A stretch of 64,000 bases of DNA from Desulfobacterales bacterium (GTDB lineage Bacteria > Desulfobacterota > Desulfobacteria > Desulfobacterales > UBA2174): positions 288,001 to 352,000 of the forward strand of contig CAXXWC010000018.1 in NCBI GenBank assembly GCA_963668645.2. Reading direction: 5' to 3'. Positions within the stretch are counted from its first letter, which is position 1; the number at the start of each line of letters is the position of its first letter. Below are positions 38,639 to 48,967 of the stretch, piece by piece. The notes under the pieces were generated by a model. The model did not search any database. It worked only from the letters and a program-made list of their open reading frames with translations, and was not told the DNA's origin. The translations under genes and the position numbers were made by a program.

Positions 38639-39811
38639 ATGCGCCAAATTCTACAAACGCCGATGTACCGCTTTCTGATCGTTCTGACGGCCGCGGCGGC
38701 CATAGGACTGCAAGGGTGGCGAACCCTTTTCAACAACTTCGCCGTTGATATCGCTCAGATGCAGGGGCACCATGTGGGCCTGATCCAGTCGGTGCGCGAA
38801 GTGCCCGGGTTGCTGGCGTTGCTGGCCGTCTATGTGCTGCTGCTGCTGATGCGCGAACAACGCCTGGCGGCCCTGAGCATCCTGATCATGGGCATCGGGG
38901 TCGGCGCCACCGGTCTGTTCCCGTCCTTTGCCGGACTGACGTTGACCACCTTGGTGATGAGCTTCGGCTTTCACTATTTCGAAACCGCTAACCGCAGTTT
39001 GACCCTCCAGTATTTCGATGCGGCCACGGCGCCCTGGGTCCTGGGGCGCCAGCGCAGCATCGCCGCGGCGGCCAACATCGCCGTGGGCCTGGCCATCTAC
39101 CTGAGTGCCGGCCACCTCGCGTACCGCAGCCAGTTTCTGGCCGTTGGGCTGCTGCTGGCGGTCGTCGGGCTGTGGGCCGCCGTGCAGAATCCGGCCGCGA
39201 CGCCCCCCGTGCCCCAGCACCGGCGTATGATCTAGCGCCGTCGCTACGGCCTGTACTATTTTTTGACCTTCATGGCCGGCGCCCGGCGCCAGATTTTCAT
39301 CGCCTTTGCCGTTTTTATGATGGTCAAGCGCATCGGCTACACCGTGCCGCAAGTGACCTTGCTGTTCATGGTCAACAACCTGATCAATTATTTTCTGAGC
39401 CCCCGGATCGGGCGGGCCATCATCCGCTTTGGCGAACGCCGGGTTCTGTCGCTGGAGTATGCCAGCCTCATTCTGGTCTTTTGCGGCTATGCCATGGTAC
39501 AGACCAAGGAGGTCGCGGCGCTGCTCTATATCCTGGACCATATTTTTTTCAACTTCGCCATGGCGATCGAGACTTACTTTCAAAAGATCGGCGACCCGCA
39601 GGACATCGCTCCGACCATGGCGGTTGGATTCACCGTCAACCACATCGCCGCCGTGGTGCTGCCGACCCTGGGCGGTATGCTGTGGCTCGTCGACTACCGG
39701 ATCCCCTTTCTGGCCGGAGCCGCCATGAGTCTGGTGTCGTTGATCGCCGTCCAGTGGATCCGCACCCCTTACGGGCGCCGGGAGGCTGCGGCCGGAAGGA
39801 AAGCGGACTGA
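38639..39811 (+). pseudogene. MFS transporter interrupted by an in-frame TAG at 39233-39235
   Basis: ORFs 38462-39235 and 39263-39811 are in the same frame. Readthrough gives HRRMI*RRRYGLYYFLTFMAGARRQIF and a complete 12-TM-like MFS. Confidence 0.8.
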
Positions 39812-39896
39812 CGCGCGACGCTCGGTCTGGTCGACCAAAGACGCGACACCGCTGCGGGCGGGCCGTCCTTGTTGCGCCGACCCTACACCTGCCCGG

Positions 39897-41174
39897 CTAG
39901 CGCGATGTGAGCTTGATTTCGATGCGCCGGTTGCGGCTCAAGGCCTCGGGACTTTTGCCCGGATCGATGGGATGGAACTTGCTGAAACCGGCGGCGGTCA
40001 TGCGCTTTTCAGCGATGCCGCAGGTGGCCAGGAAGTGGACCACGCTGACCGCTCGGGCCACGGAGAGCTCCCAGTTGGAGGGAAAACGGGCGCTGTTGAT
40101 CGGAACCACGTCCGTGTGCCCGTCGATTCGCAAAATCCAGTTCAGATCCTGCGGGATCTGGGCCGCCACCTCCCGCAGGGTAATTGCCAGCTTGGACAGA
40201 TGGGCCTTGCCCGGCTCGGAAAGATCGGCCGAGCCGGAGGCGAAGAGCAGTTCGGCCTGAAACACGAAGCGGTCGCCCTCGATGCGCACCTGGGGCACGT
40301 CGGCCAGGGCGGTGCGCAGCCGGCCGAAAAAGTCGGAGCGATAGCGGGCCAGCACATTGACCTGCCGGGCCAGGGCGATGTTGAGCCGCTGGCCCAGCTC
40401 TTCGAGTTTGGCCTGCTGGGAGTCCTTCACGGCCTCGGCCGCCGCCAGGGCCTGGCCGATCTCGTTGAGCTGTTCGCGCAGCGCGGCAAGCTGGCGATTG
40501 AGAAGGATGATTTCGGCTCGGGCGTCGGCGGAAAGAGATTCCTGGCGTGCCAGAGCCTCCTTCTGTTCACCGACCAGGGCGTCCAGGGCCTGGATGCGGA
40601 TATCTCGTTTTTCGATATCTTTTTGCGCCAGCAGGGTCCTCTCCCGGGCTTCGGCCAGACGGTCGTCCAGGGCCTTGGAGCGGTCTCGCCATTGACCGAC
40701 CAATTCCTTTTGCGTATCGAGGCCGGCGGCCAGGTCGCCCACCCGGGCTTCCAGTTCGGTGCGCATCCGGCGCAGGGCGTCGATGTCTTCCTGCAAGCTG
40801 GCGATCAACATGAGTTTGGAGGCGATTTCGGCCTGGTTCTGATCCGCTTCGGCCTCCAGCGTCTTGACCTGACCTTGCAGCGCCTGCTTGTCCGCGCTCA
40901 AGCCGTCGATATGCATGTTGAGCCCGATGATTTCAGTCTGCAAGCGCTGGGTACGCGCCTGTTCCAGGCCGAGCTGCTCCTGAAGTTCGCTGAGCATGCG
41001 CTGGAGGGACGCGAGTTGGCTTTCCTGGCCGGAGAGGATTTCGTTGAGCAGGAACTGGACCACGGTGAAGATCATCAGCACGAAGATGACCAGCATCAGC
41101 AGCGCGGAAAGAGCGTCCACATAGCCCGGCCAGACATTGATCCCGTTTGTCGAACGCCGAGAGCCGGTGATCAT
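39897..41174 (-). CDS. MotB/OmpA-like peptidoglycan-binding protein with long coiled coil
   Basis: WPGYVDAL TM with conserved Asp, coiled-coil middle, IDGHTD, NWELSVARA, RNRRIEI. Confidence 0.85.
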   Translation of the reverse strand: MITGSRRSTNGINVWPGYVDALSALLMLVIFVLMIFTVVQFLLNEILSGQESQLASLQRMLSELQEQLGLEQARTQRLQTEIIGLNMHIDGLSADKQALQGQVKTLEAEADQNQAEIASKLMLIASLQEDIDALRRMRTELEARVGDLAAGLDTQKELVGQWRDRSKALDDRLAEARERTLLAQKDIEKRDIRIQALDALVGEQKEALARQESLSADARAEIILLNRQLAALREQLNEIGQALAAAEAVKDSQQAKLEELGQRLNIALARQVNVLARYRSDFFGRLRTALADVPQVRIEGDRFVFQAELLFASGSADLSEPGKAHLSKLAITLREVAAQIPQDLNWILRIDGHTDVVPINSARFPSNWELSVARAVSVVHFLATCGIAEKRMTAAGFSKFHPIDPGKSPEALSRNRRIEIKLTSR

Positions 41175-42052
41175 GGCGCATCCGACGCCCCCGCAGCGCC
41201 CTCCTTCGCCTCGCCGGTGTCATCTTCGTTTTGCCGCTCCAGCAGCTGCTCGATGGCCCGGTTGTTGCGCCTCAATTCGCCGATAATCCGCTCCAGGCGG
41301 TCCTGGGTTGCACCGTTTTCCATCGGCCCCGGTGCGGCCCCGTCCGTCTCCTCGGTGTCGATGAGCCGGGTCACGCCGTAGAGCCACTCCTCCATCTCAT
41401 TGAAGAAACGGTTCTGGGCGTGGCTGGCCTGGATGTCGAGAAAACCGAGAACCAGGGATCCGCCCAGGCCGAAAAGCGAGGAACTGAAGGCCGTTCCCAT
41501 GCCCTGGAGCGGCTGCTGGAGCCCGGACTTGAGTTTCTGAAAGAAAGCGGCGAAATCGTGCTGCCCCACTTCGAGGGTGCCGATCACCGCCCCGACGTCC
41601 GCGATGGTGCCCAGCAGCCCCCAGAAGGTCCCCAGCAGCCCGAGGAAGATCAGCAGCCCGATCATGTAGCGGGAAATCTCGCGCGATTCCTCCAGTCGCC
41701 CGCGGATCCCATCCAGCACGGTGCGCAGCGACAGGGCTGAGAGTTTGAAATGATCGTGGCGCAGCCCGTCGAGATGGCGCGTCAGGGACCCGAGCAGGCG
41801 CGGCGGTGCGGCCACCGATAGGCCGACCCTGCCGGTCCGGAACATGTGGATCCAGCCGATTTCAGGCTCCAGGCGCAGCACGTGAAAGACGTTGATGCCG
41901 ATGCCGACCCCCAGGGCGCAGAGAATCAGCAGGTTGAATCCCCAGTTGGCCAAAAAGGCCTGCTTGAGCGGCTGGAAAAGGAAGAGGCAGACGGCCACCA
42001 CGACGGCCAGATAGATCAGCATCAAATACAGGTAATGGCGGATGTTGCTCAT
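41171..42052 (-). CDS. MotA/TolQ/ExbB proton-channel family protein
   Basis: LGLLGTFWGL, GMGTAFSSSLFG. Overlaps the MotB-like gene. Confidence 0.85.
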   Translation of the reverse strand: MSNIRHYLYLMLIYLAVVVAVCLFLFQPLKQAFLANWGFNLLILCALGVGIGINVFHVLRLEPEIGWIHMFRTGRVGLSVAAPPRLLGSLTRHLDGLRHDHFKLSALSLRTVLDGIRGRLEESREISRYMIGLLIFLGLLGTFWGLLGTIADVGAVIGTLEVGQHDFAAFFQKLKSGLQQPLQGMGTAFSSSLFGLGGSLVLGFLDIQASHAQNRFFNEMEEWLYGVTRLIDTEETDGAAPGPMENGATQDRLERIIGELRRNNRAIEQLLERQNEDDTGEAKEGAAGASDAP

Positions 42053-42534
42053 GAGGCTTCCTCGGACGGATCGAATGTTGGGCCTGCTGCCGCCGGGCGG
42101 CCGCGGTGATCGCCCGCCCGGGCGTGGCGGCGGCGGTTGGCTGCAATCATTTCGCCCCCAGACTATTAAACCCTGCCGGGATAGTCAAACTTCTCGTAAA
42201 GAAACGCTTACGGTAACAAATTTTTATCATTTCTTTGAAAGAAACCTCTCGAAAGAGGTGCCGGGGCCGGCAATTTTCGGTGAATCCGAGATCCGTAGGA
42301 CGAGTGGGACTTCGGAATCGGACGAATGACCGGATAAAGACGAGGCTGTCAGCGGGCAGCGGCGATCCGGGGATGCCCACCGCCACTGCCGGTTGGAACC
42401 CGATCGCCGCCGCCGCGCGCATTGGTGCATTTTCGCCGAGAGTGTGGTAACAGGCCGGAAACCGGCGGGAGCGCCTTTGGCGGCAGGATACTGCCGTGAT
42501 TTCACACTGCCGCCGCCATCATTTTGGAGGGCTG

Positions 42535-43479
42535 ATGAAACCGATTCGCCAAATCGCCATTCTTGGAGCCGGCGCCATGGGCGCCTATTTTGCCGGCTGC
42601 TTCGGCCGTACCGAAGGATTTTCCACCCGCCTGATCGCCCGCGGGGCGCGCCGGGAACGGCTCGCACGCAACGGCTTGGTAATCAACGGCCGGTCTTTGT
42701 CACTGCCTGTGGTTTCGCCCGCGGACGGACCCGAACCGGCCGATCTGATCATCGTGGGCCTGAAGCATCACCATCTGGCCGATGCCCTGGAAGACCTCAA
42801 GGCCTTTGTCGGTGAACGGACCGTCATCCTTTCGGTGATGAACGGAATCGAAAGCGAAAAGATCATCGGCACCGCTGTGGGGATGGACAAGGTCCTTTAC
42901 GCCGTTTCGGTGGGGATCGACGCGCTGCGCGAGGGCAACCGGCTCACCTATACCAATCCGGGCCGCCATCTGTTCGGCGAGGCGCAAAACACCGAGATCA
43001 GCGAGCGCGTGCGCCGGGTTCACGAGGCGTTCGAGCGGGCCGGGATCGCCGGTGAGACGCCCCGGGACATGATCCGCTCCCTCTGGTGGAAGTTTATGGT
43101 CAACGTCGGCATAAACCAGGCCTCGGCGGTGATGCGCGCCCCATACGGCGCCTTTCAGGCCATGGCCGAAGCCCGCGAGCTGATGGACGCGTTGATGCGC
43201 GAGGTCATCGTGCTGGCCGGGCCGGCAGGCGTCGATCTGAACGCAACGGACATCGAGGCCTGGTTCGAGGTGCTGCCCACTCTCGCACCGGACGGCAAGA
43301 CCTCCATGCTCCAGGATATCGAGGCGGGTCGAAAGACCGAGGTGGAAATCTTCGCCGGCAGGGTGATGGCTTTGGGTGAGCGCTACGGGGTCTCCACCCC
43401 GGTTAACCGGACTCTGTTCCAAATCATCCGGGTGCTGGAAGCCGGCGGCCGGTCGCCTGAGCGCCCGTCGGACGGCTGA
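42535..43479 (+). CDS. panE: 2-dehydropantoate 2-reductase
   Basis: ILGAGAMG, SVMNGI, WWKFMVNVGIN, SMLQDIEAGRKTE. Confidence 0.88.
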   Translation: MKPIRQIAILGAGAMGAYFAGCFGRTEGFSTRLIARGARRERLARNGLVINGRSLSLPVVSPADGPEPADLIIVGLKHHHLADALEDLKAFVGERTVILSVMNGIESEKIIGTAVGMDKVLYAVSVGIDALREGNRLTYTNPGRHLFGEAQNTEISERVRRVHEAFERAGIAGETPRDMIRSLWWKFMVNVGINQASAVMRAPYGAFQAMAEARELMDALMREVIVLAGPAGVDLNATDIEAWFEVLPTLAPDGKTSMLQDIEAGRKTEVEIFAGRVMALGERYGVSTPVNRTLFQIIRVLEAGGRSPERPSDG

Positions 43480-43625
43480 AGCCCTACTTCGACGGGGCCC
43501 TGATGGGCCGGTCGGTCTTCGTTGACCGGGGCCGCGATTCGGCATAGGATGGCAGCCTGCCGCGCCGGCACAAGGGGGCTGCGGCGGGATTTTATCACAG
43601 GACCACATTTTACCGGGAGGACCCT

Positions 43626-43940
43626 ATGAAGAAGATGGTGTTGTTGGCAGGTTGTCTGGTACTCATCCTGGTGGCGGGCTGCGATCGGCTGGGACTGCGG
43701 CCTTCGCCCGAGGCTGCTGCCAAGGCCCATGTCGAGCAGGCTTTGGCCGGGCTGGCCGCAGATACCAGCGGCCTGACGGTAAAAGTCGTCGAAAGCGGCG
43801 CGGATCAAGCCGTGGTGCAGGTCACCGGTTCGGTCGCCATCGATACGGCGGTTCGTCTGGTGCGCCAAAACAGGCAGTGGGTGGTGGCCCCTGCCGAGAC
43901 TCCCGCCGCCGAAGCCCCTGCCGAGGCTTCTGCGCATTAG
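43626..43940 (+). CDS. Small lipoprotein
   Basis: Lipobox LVAGC after a hydrophobic signal. GGAGG RBS. Confidence 0.7.
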   Translation: MKKMVLLAGCLVLILVAGCDRLGLRPSPEAAAKAHVEQALAGLAADTSGLTVKVVESGADQAVVQVTGSVAIDTAVRLVRQNRQWVVAPAETPAAEAPAEASAH

Positions 43941-44049
43941 CCTTTGGGGTCCGCTAGCCGGTCCGGTACGGCCCCATCCGGAACCGGGACAAGCCGGCAC
44001 AGCCTGGGGCGGAAAACCGATACCCTTGAATCGACCGGAGGAGTCTAAC

Positions 44050-45018
44050 ATGTTCGAAACCCGCATCACCCGGATGCTCGGCATCCGCTACCCCATCATC
44101 GGGGGTACCATGATGTCCATCAGCACCGCCGATTTCGTGGCCGCCATCTCCAATGCCGGCGGACTCGGCATCCTGGCCTCGGCCATCTACCACAGCCGCC
44201 AGGAGTTCTCCGACGCCATCGACCGCATCCGCGAACTGACCGACAAGCCTTTTGCCGTCAACATCAACCTTTTTCCGGCCATGCGGCCCATCGACAACGA
44301 CGAATACGTCGGGGTTCTGGAGGAAAAGGGGGTCAAGATCGTTGAGACCTCGGGCCACTCGGCGCCCGAGACCCTCAGCCGGCGCTTCAAGGCTGCCGGG
44401 ATGACCTGGATCCACAAGTGCGTCGGGGTGCGCTACGCCAAGAAGGTCGAGTCCCTGGGGGCCGACATCGTCACCGTGGTGGGCTACGAGAACGGCGGGG
44501 CCACGGGCAAGCTCGACATCGGCACCCTGGTGCTGGTGCCCACGGTCAAGGATGCCGTGAGCGTGCCGGTGATCGGCGGAGGCGGGGTTTCCGACGGTCG
44601 CGGTCTGGTGGCGGTCCTGGCCCTGGGCGCCGAGGCCGCCATCATCGGTACCCGGCTGCTCGTCACCCGGGAATGCCCGATCCACGACAAAATCAAGCAG
44701 GCCCTGCTGGCGGCCAGCGAACTGGATACCAGCCTGGTGTTGCGCTCCATCGGGGCCACCCACCGGGTCTGGTGCAACCCGGCCGCCGAAAAATGTATCG
44801 AGCTTGAAAACGCCGGCGCCGGCCTGGAAGAATTGATCACCGCGGCTTCGGGCGAAAAAGCCCGCCAGATGTATCGCACCGGAGACCTCGAATGCGGGAT
44901 TCTCTCCTGCGGCCAGGGGATCGGCATGGTGCGCGACATCCCCACGGTGGCCGAACTCTTCGCGCGCATGATGGCCGAGGCCCACGAAACGGTTGGCCGC
45001 CTGAGCAATGACCAATGA
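44050..45018 (+). CDS. Nitronate monooxygenase / FabK-like FMN oxidoreductase
   Basis: LGIRYPIIGGTM, SNAGGLG, VPVIGGGG, IGTRLL, GQGIG. Confidence 0.85.
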   Translation: MFETRITRMLGIRYPIIGGTMMSISTADFVAAISNAGGLGILASAIYHSRQEFSDAIDRIRELTDKPFAVNINLFPAMRPIDNDEYVGVLEEKGVKIVETSGHSAPETLSRRFKAAGMTWIHKCVGVRYAKKVESLGADIVTVVGYENGGATGKLDIGTLVLVPTVKDAVSVPVIGGGGVSDGRGLVAVLALGAEAAIIGTRLLVTRECPIHDKIKQALLAASELDTSLVLRSIGATHRVWCNPAAEKCIELENAGAGLEELITAASGEKARQMYRTGDLECGILSCGQGIGMVRDIPTVAELFARMMAEAHETVGRLSNDQ

Positions 45019-45039
45019 TCGAGCGATAGGGGTGACCTG

Positions 45040-45798
45040 ATGCGATTGCTGGAAAGACTCTACACACTGTTCGAAGCCCAGGCCCGAAACGTGACGGTAC
45101 AGACCGTTTCAATCGGTCTGAGCTACACCGCCGTGGCCACCGATGACGGGGGGCTGGGGATCGCTTACACCTGGAAAGAGGCCGATCACTGCTGTCTGAG
45201 CGGCGGGGCCTATGTCGATTTCGAGGGGCGCCCGGCCATCGAACTGCTGGCCTTGATCCGTGACCCGGCCCCGCTGCAGCGCACCATGGCCCTGGCCCTG
45301 GTCAATGCCCTGAATGCGGCGCGGGCCTCGGGCCTGGCCCAGGATCCGGACAACCGGCAGCTTTTCGAGGATCTGGGGATCAGCGCCGGCACGCGGGTGG
45401 CCATGGTCGGCTATTTCAAACCGATGCAAAGGCAGTTCGACGCCAGCGGCTGCGAGCTGATGGTGCTCGACGCGGGCCGGCGCATCGGCAATCCGGCGCA
45501 GTTCCTGCCCCGGCTGGGCGACTGGGCCGATGTGCTGGTGCTCACTGCCACTTCGATCCTCAACGATTCCGCGGAAAAGATTCTGTCCCACTGCCGGCCG
45601 CAGGTGCGCACCGTGATCCTGGGCCCCAGCACGCCCATGGTGCCCGAAGCCTTTGACCATCTGCCGGTGGACCTGCTGGCCGGCAGCGCGCCCACCGACC
45701 GGGAGATGGTGCTGCGCCGCGTGCGCCACGGCTGCGGCACGCCCATGATCCAGCGCCATTGCCGCAAGGTCTTTTGCAATCTTCAAAGGCCGGCATGA
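45040..45798 (+). CDS. DUF364-family protein
   Basis: ALALVNALN, VAMVGYF, LTATSILN, ILGPSTPM. Confidence 0.75.
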   Translation: MRLLERLYTLFEAQARNVTVQTVSIGLSYTAVATDDGGLGIAYTWKEADHCCLSGGAYVDFEGRPAIELLALIRDPAPLQRTMALALVNALNAARASGLAQDPDNRQLFEDLGISAGTRVAMVGYFKPMQRQFDASGCELMVLDAGRRIGNPAQFLPRLGDWADVLVLTATSILNDSAEKILSHCRPQVRTVILGPSTPMVPEAFDHLPVDLLAGSAPTDREMVLRRVRHGCGTPMIQRHCRKVFCNLQRPA

Positions 45799-45925
45799 CG
45801 CCGAACTGTTCGTCCGGTCCGCGCAGGTCAAGTCCGGTTTTCGCACCGTTGACAGCACCGGGGGGCGCGGGCCGGCTTGCGTTTGCGGGCGTGGATCCCC
45901 TGGCGCGGTCCGGGAAAGGTGATTC

Positions 45926-46549
45926 ATGGGGCTGCTGAATCTGCTGCTCAAAGATCCGCTGACGTTTATCCTGATCGCCGTTCCGCTTCTGTATGCGGTC
46001 ATTTTCCACGAACTGGCGCACGGGTGGGTCGCCTATCGTTTCGGCGACCCGACGGCCAAGTATCTCGGCCGGCTGACCCTCAACCCGATCAAACATCTCG
46101 ACCCGGTGGGCACCCTGCTGCTCTTTGTCTTCGGCTTCGGCTGGGCCAAGCCGGTGCCGGTCAATTTCAACCGGCTCGGGGGCGGGCGCCTGGGGATGAT
46201 GCTGGTTTCGGCCGCAGGGATCATCGTCAACATCCTGCTGGCTTCCGTTGCGCTTTTCGTCTACCGCCTGCTGTCGCTGGACGGCCAGACAGTGCCGGCC
46301 AAGATGCTTTTTTACTTTGCCAGGATCAACATCATCCTGGCCGCTTTCAACCTGATCCCCCTGCCGCCCCTGGACGGGTCCAAGATGTTGTTGAGCTTCG
46401 CCCCGCCAGCGGTCAAGAAGTTGATTCTCAGCCTGGAACGGTACGGATTTATCATCATCATCGCCCTGTTGTACCTCGACGTGCTGGATCCGGTGATCCG
46501 ATTTTTCCAGTCGATGATCATCGCGTCCATCAAACTGGTGCTGCCCTGA
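45926..46549 (+). CDS. Site-2 protease (M50) family membrane peptidase
   Basis: HELAH, GRLTLNP, GWAKPVP, FNLIPLPPLDG. Confidence 0.92.
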   Translation: MGLLNLLLKDPLTFILIAVPLLYAVIFHELAHGWVAYRFGDPTAKYLGRLTLNPIKHLDPVGTLLLFVFGFGWAKPVPVNFNRLGGGRLGMMLVSAAGIIVNILLASVALFVYRLLSLDGQTVPAKMLFYFARINIILAAFNLIPLPPLDGSKMLLSFAPPAVKKLILSLERYGFIIIIALLYLDVLDPVIRFFQSMIIASIKLVLP

Positions 46550-46561
46550 GGTGCCGCCGGA

Positions 46562-48436
46562 TCAGTAGCTTCCCAGAAGCTTGAGAAACTCGGCCCGTTC
46601 GGTCAGGGCTTGGCGCAGCGGTTCCATTTCCGGATCGTCGAGGTTGGCCTCCAGGTCGATGTAGAACATGTAGCGCCATGGCTCGCCGCTCATGGGCCGC
46701 GACTCGAGCTTGATCATGTTGATCCGGTTTTCGGCCAACACCTGCAAGATGGCGTAAAGGGCCCCGGGCTCGTTGCGTGCCGCGCAGATCAGGGAAGATT
46801 TCCGGGGTGTTTGCCCGTCGATGGGCGCCCGGCCCACCACCACGAAACGGGTGTAGTTGCGCGGGTTGGTCTCGATCCCTTCGGCCAGGACATCCAGGCC
46901 GTAAGTTTCGGCCGCCACCCGGTTGGCGATGGCCGCATCCCCTGGCTCCGCGCCGGCCGCAATCCGCTCGGCGGCCCCGGCCGTGTCACTCACCGCCACC
47001 CGCTCCCAGTCATGTTGATCGAGGTAAGTCAGGCATTGGCCGAAGACCTGGGGGTGGGAGAGTACCCGGCGCACATCCGCCAGTTGGGTGCCGGGCCGGG
47101 CCATGAGGTGGTGCATGATGCGCAGCTTGATTTCGCCGATGATCTTGACGTCGAAGTCGAGCAGATGATCGTAGTTCTGGTGGATGCTGCCCGAAAGGCT
47201 GTTTTCGATGGGCACGATGCCGAAGTCGACCCGGCCTTCGGCCACCGCCGCAAAGACGTCGGCGAAGGTGCGCTCGGGCACGGCCTCGACCCGGTCCCCG
47301 AAGTATTGCAGGCAGGCCTTGTGGCTGAAGGTGCCGATGCGGCCCATGAAGGCCGCCCGCCGCGGAGCCCCGTTGCCGCCCACATCCAGGCGCCGAATGG
47401 CGGCCGCCTTGTCGAGGTAGCCGAAGTCCACCTGCTTGCCCACCACCGGCGCGATGACGTAAAGGTCGCGCATCAGCTGGGCGAACTGATCCGGGTAGAG
47501 GCTCTGGGGGCCGTCGGAAAGGGCCCGGTCCGGATCGGGGTGGACCTCGATCATCAGCCCGTCGGCCCCGGCGGCGATGGCGGCCCGGGCCATGGGGGCC
47601 ACCTTTTCACGGATTCCGGTGGCGTGGCTCGGATCGATGACGATGGGCAGGTGGGTGAGGTTGCGCAGCACCGGGATGGCCGTCAGGTCCAGCGTGTTGC
47701 GGGTGTACGGCTCGAAGGTGCGGATCCCGCGCTCGCAGAGGATCACCCGCGGGTTGCCCTCGGAAAGGATGTATTCCGCGCTCATGAGCCATTCCTGGAT
47801 CGTGGCCGAAAGGCCGCGTTTGAGCATCACCGGTTTGCCCATACGCCCGACGCACTTGAGCAGTTCGAAGTTTTGCATGTTGCGCGCCCCGATCTGCACG
47901 ACATCGACATATTTCATCATCAGGTCGGCCTGGGAGATGGAAGTCATTTCGGTCACCACCGGCAGGCCGTAGGTTTCGCGTACCTCGGCCAGCATCCGCA
48001 GCCCTTCTTCCTGAAGCCCCTGGAAGGCATAGGGTGAGGTGCGCGGCTTGAAGGCCCCGCCGCGGAACAGAACCGCTCCGGCCTTGCGCACTGCAGCGGC
48101 TGCTGCCATGACCTGCTGGCGGTTTTCCACGGCGCAGGGCCCGGCGATGACCGTCAAGCGGTCGGCGCCCACCACTACGTCCCCCACCGCTACGTGGGTA
48201 TCTGCCGGGTGCATCTGGCGGCCGGCGAGTTTGAAGGCCGTTTTGACCGGTACCAGCTCGGCCACCCCTTCCAGGGCTCGCAGAAAGGTTTCGTCGATGG
48301 CCGCACCGCCGAGGATGCCGATGCGCGGCGGGTCGAATCCGGTCAATTCACGGCAGTCATAGTGATGCCGGCGCAGGGTCTGGAGCAGATCGGCGCGGGC
48401 CTGGGGCAACAGTTCGGGTTGCAGTTTGAGCATCAT
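46562..48436 (-). CDS. DAHP synthase (class I-beta) fused to prephenate dehydratase-ACT
   Basis: [31 protein letters not shown], then VPIENS, SHPQ, NYTRF, LESRP, LGSY. Confidence 0.92.
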   Translation of the reverse strand: MMLKLQPELLPQARADLLQTLRRHHYDCRELTGFDPPRIGILGGAAIDETFLRALEGVAELVPVKTAFKLAGRQMHPADTHVAVGDVVVGADRLTVIAGPCAVENRQQVMAAAAAVRKAGAVLFRGGAFKPRTSPYAFQGLQEEGLRMLAEVRETYGLPVVTEMTSISQADLMMKYVDVVQIGARNMQNFELLKCVGRMGKPVMLKRGLSATIQEWLMSAEYILSEGNPRVILCERGIRTFEPYTRNTLDLTAIPVLRNLTHLPIVIDPSHATGIREKVAPMARAAIAAGADGLMIEVHPDPDRALSDGPQSLYPDQFAQLMRDLYVIAPVVGKQVDFGYLDKAAAIRRLDVGGNGAPRRAAFMGRIGTFSHKACLQYFGDRVEAVPERTFADVFAAVAEGRVDFGIVPIENSLSGSIHQNYDHLLDFDVKIIGEIKLRIMHHLMARPGTQLADVRRVLSHPQVFGQCLTYLDQHDWERVAVSDTAGAAERIAAGAEPGDAAIANRVAAETYGLDVLAEGIETNPRNYTRFVVVGRAPIDGQTPRKSSLICAARNEPGALYAILQVLAENRINMIKLESRPMSGEPWRYMFYIDLEANLDDPEMEPLRQALTERAEFLKLLGSY

Positions 48437-48471
48437 GGTGTGGCTCCTTTCGCTTAGTTGTGGCGCCTAAC

Positions 48472-48512
48472 GCAAAGACCCCCGAAGGCTCGGTTCCTTC
48501 GGGGGTCTTTGC
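48472..48512. repeat. Second GC-rich hairpin in the leader of the DAHP synthase-PDT gene
   Basis: GCAAAGACCCCCGAAGG-7nt-CCTTCGGGGGTCTTTGC. Confidence 0.75.
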
Positions 48513-48557
48513 AAAAAGAAAACCCCCGGATGGACCGATTCGAAGTCCATCCGGGGG
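48513..48557 (-). terminator. Attenuator terminator (3:4 hairpin plus U-tract)
   Basis: CCCCCGGATGGAC-9nt-GTCCATCCGGGGG followed on the minus strand by TTTTCTTTTT. Confidence 0.85.
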
Positions 48558-48578
48558 CGCGCTCAGGCGAAAGCCAGG

Positions 48579-48662
48579 CTATACGTCCGGATGGACGCTT
48601 CTAAAGAAGAAAAAGAAGCGTCCTTCAAAAACGCCGAAAACCTGGGGGTGAATCTGGGTCAT
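48579..48662 (-). CDS. Phe-rich attenuation leader peptide (pheL-like), MTQIHPQVFGVFEGRFFFFFRSVHPDV
   Basis: AGGAG RBS, 27 aa with 5 tandem Phe codons (7 Phe total), immediately upstream of the terminator and the DAHP synthase-PDT gene. Confidence 0.88.
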   Translation of the reverse strand: MTQIHPQVFGVFEGRFFFFFRSVHPDV

Positions 48663-48967
48663 GAGTCTTGTCTCCTGTTCCCTGCCTCATATCCGGGTTC
48701 TGGCCGCACTGTCAAGGAGAAAGGCAATCCTTCCCGGCAAACCCGAAACGGCCGGGACCAGGCTCGAAAGGCAATGGAGAGTCACGACCGTTGCTGTTAT
48801 GCGCTCGAAGCCTTTCTTTTGTTTCGCCGTTTTGCCGGATTCGGTTCTTTTTGATGTTACGGGGTGTTGTGGCAGCCGCCAGCCCCCCGGCCGCCCACGC
48901 CGCTCGGGCACGCAAACTCAGATAACGATCTGGAATTGTTCCGCTCGGGGTTGTCGCTGGAGAGATC

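Noticed and set aside
39897..42052. Zorya anti-phage system (ZorA/ZorB)
   Set aside because: The MotA-like protein lacks the long ZorA cytoplasmic tail, the coiled coil is in the MotB-like partner, and no zorC/D/E genes are adjacent.
42060..42530. Possible riboswitch upstream of panE or the MotA-like gene
   Set aside because: Some GC-rich pairing but no identifiable aptamer or terminator.
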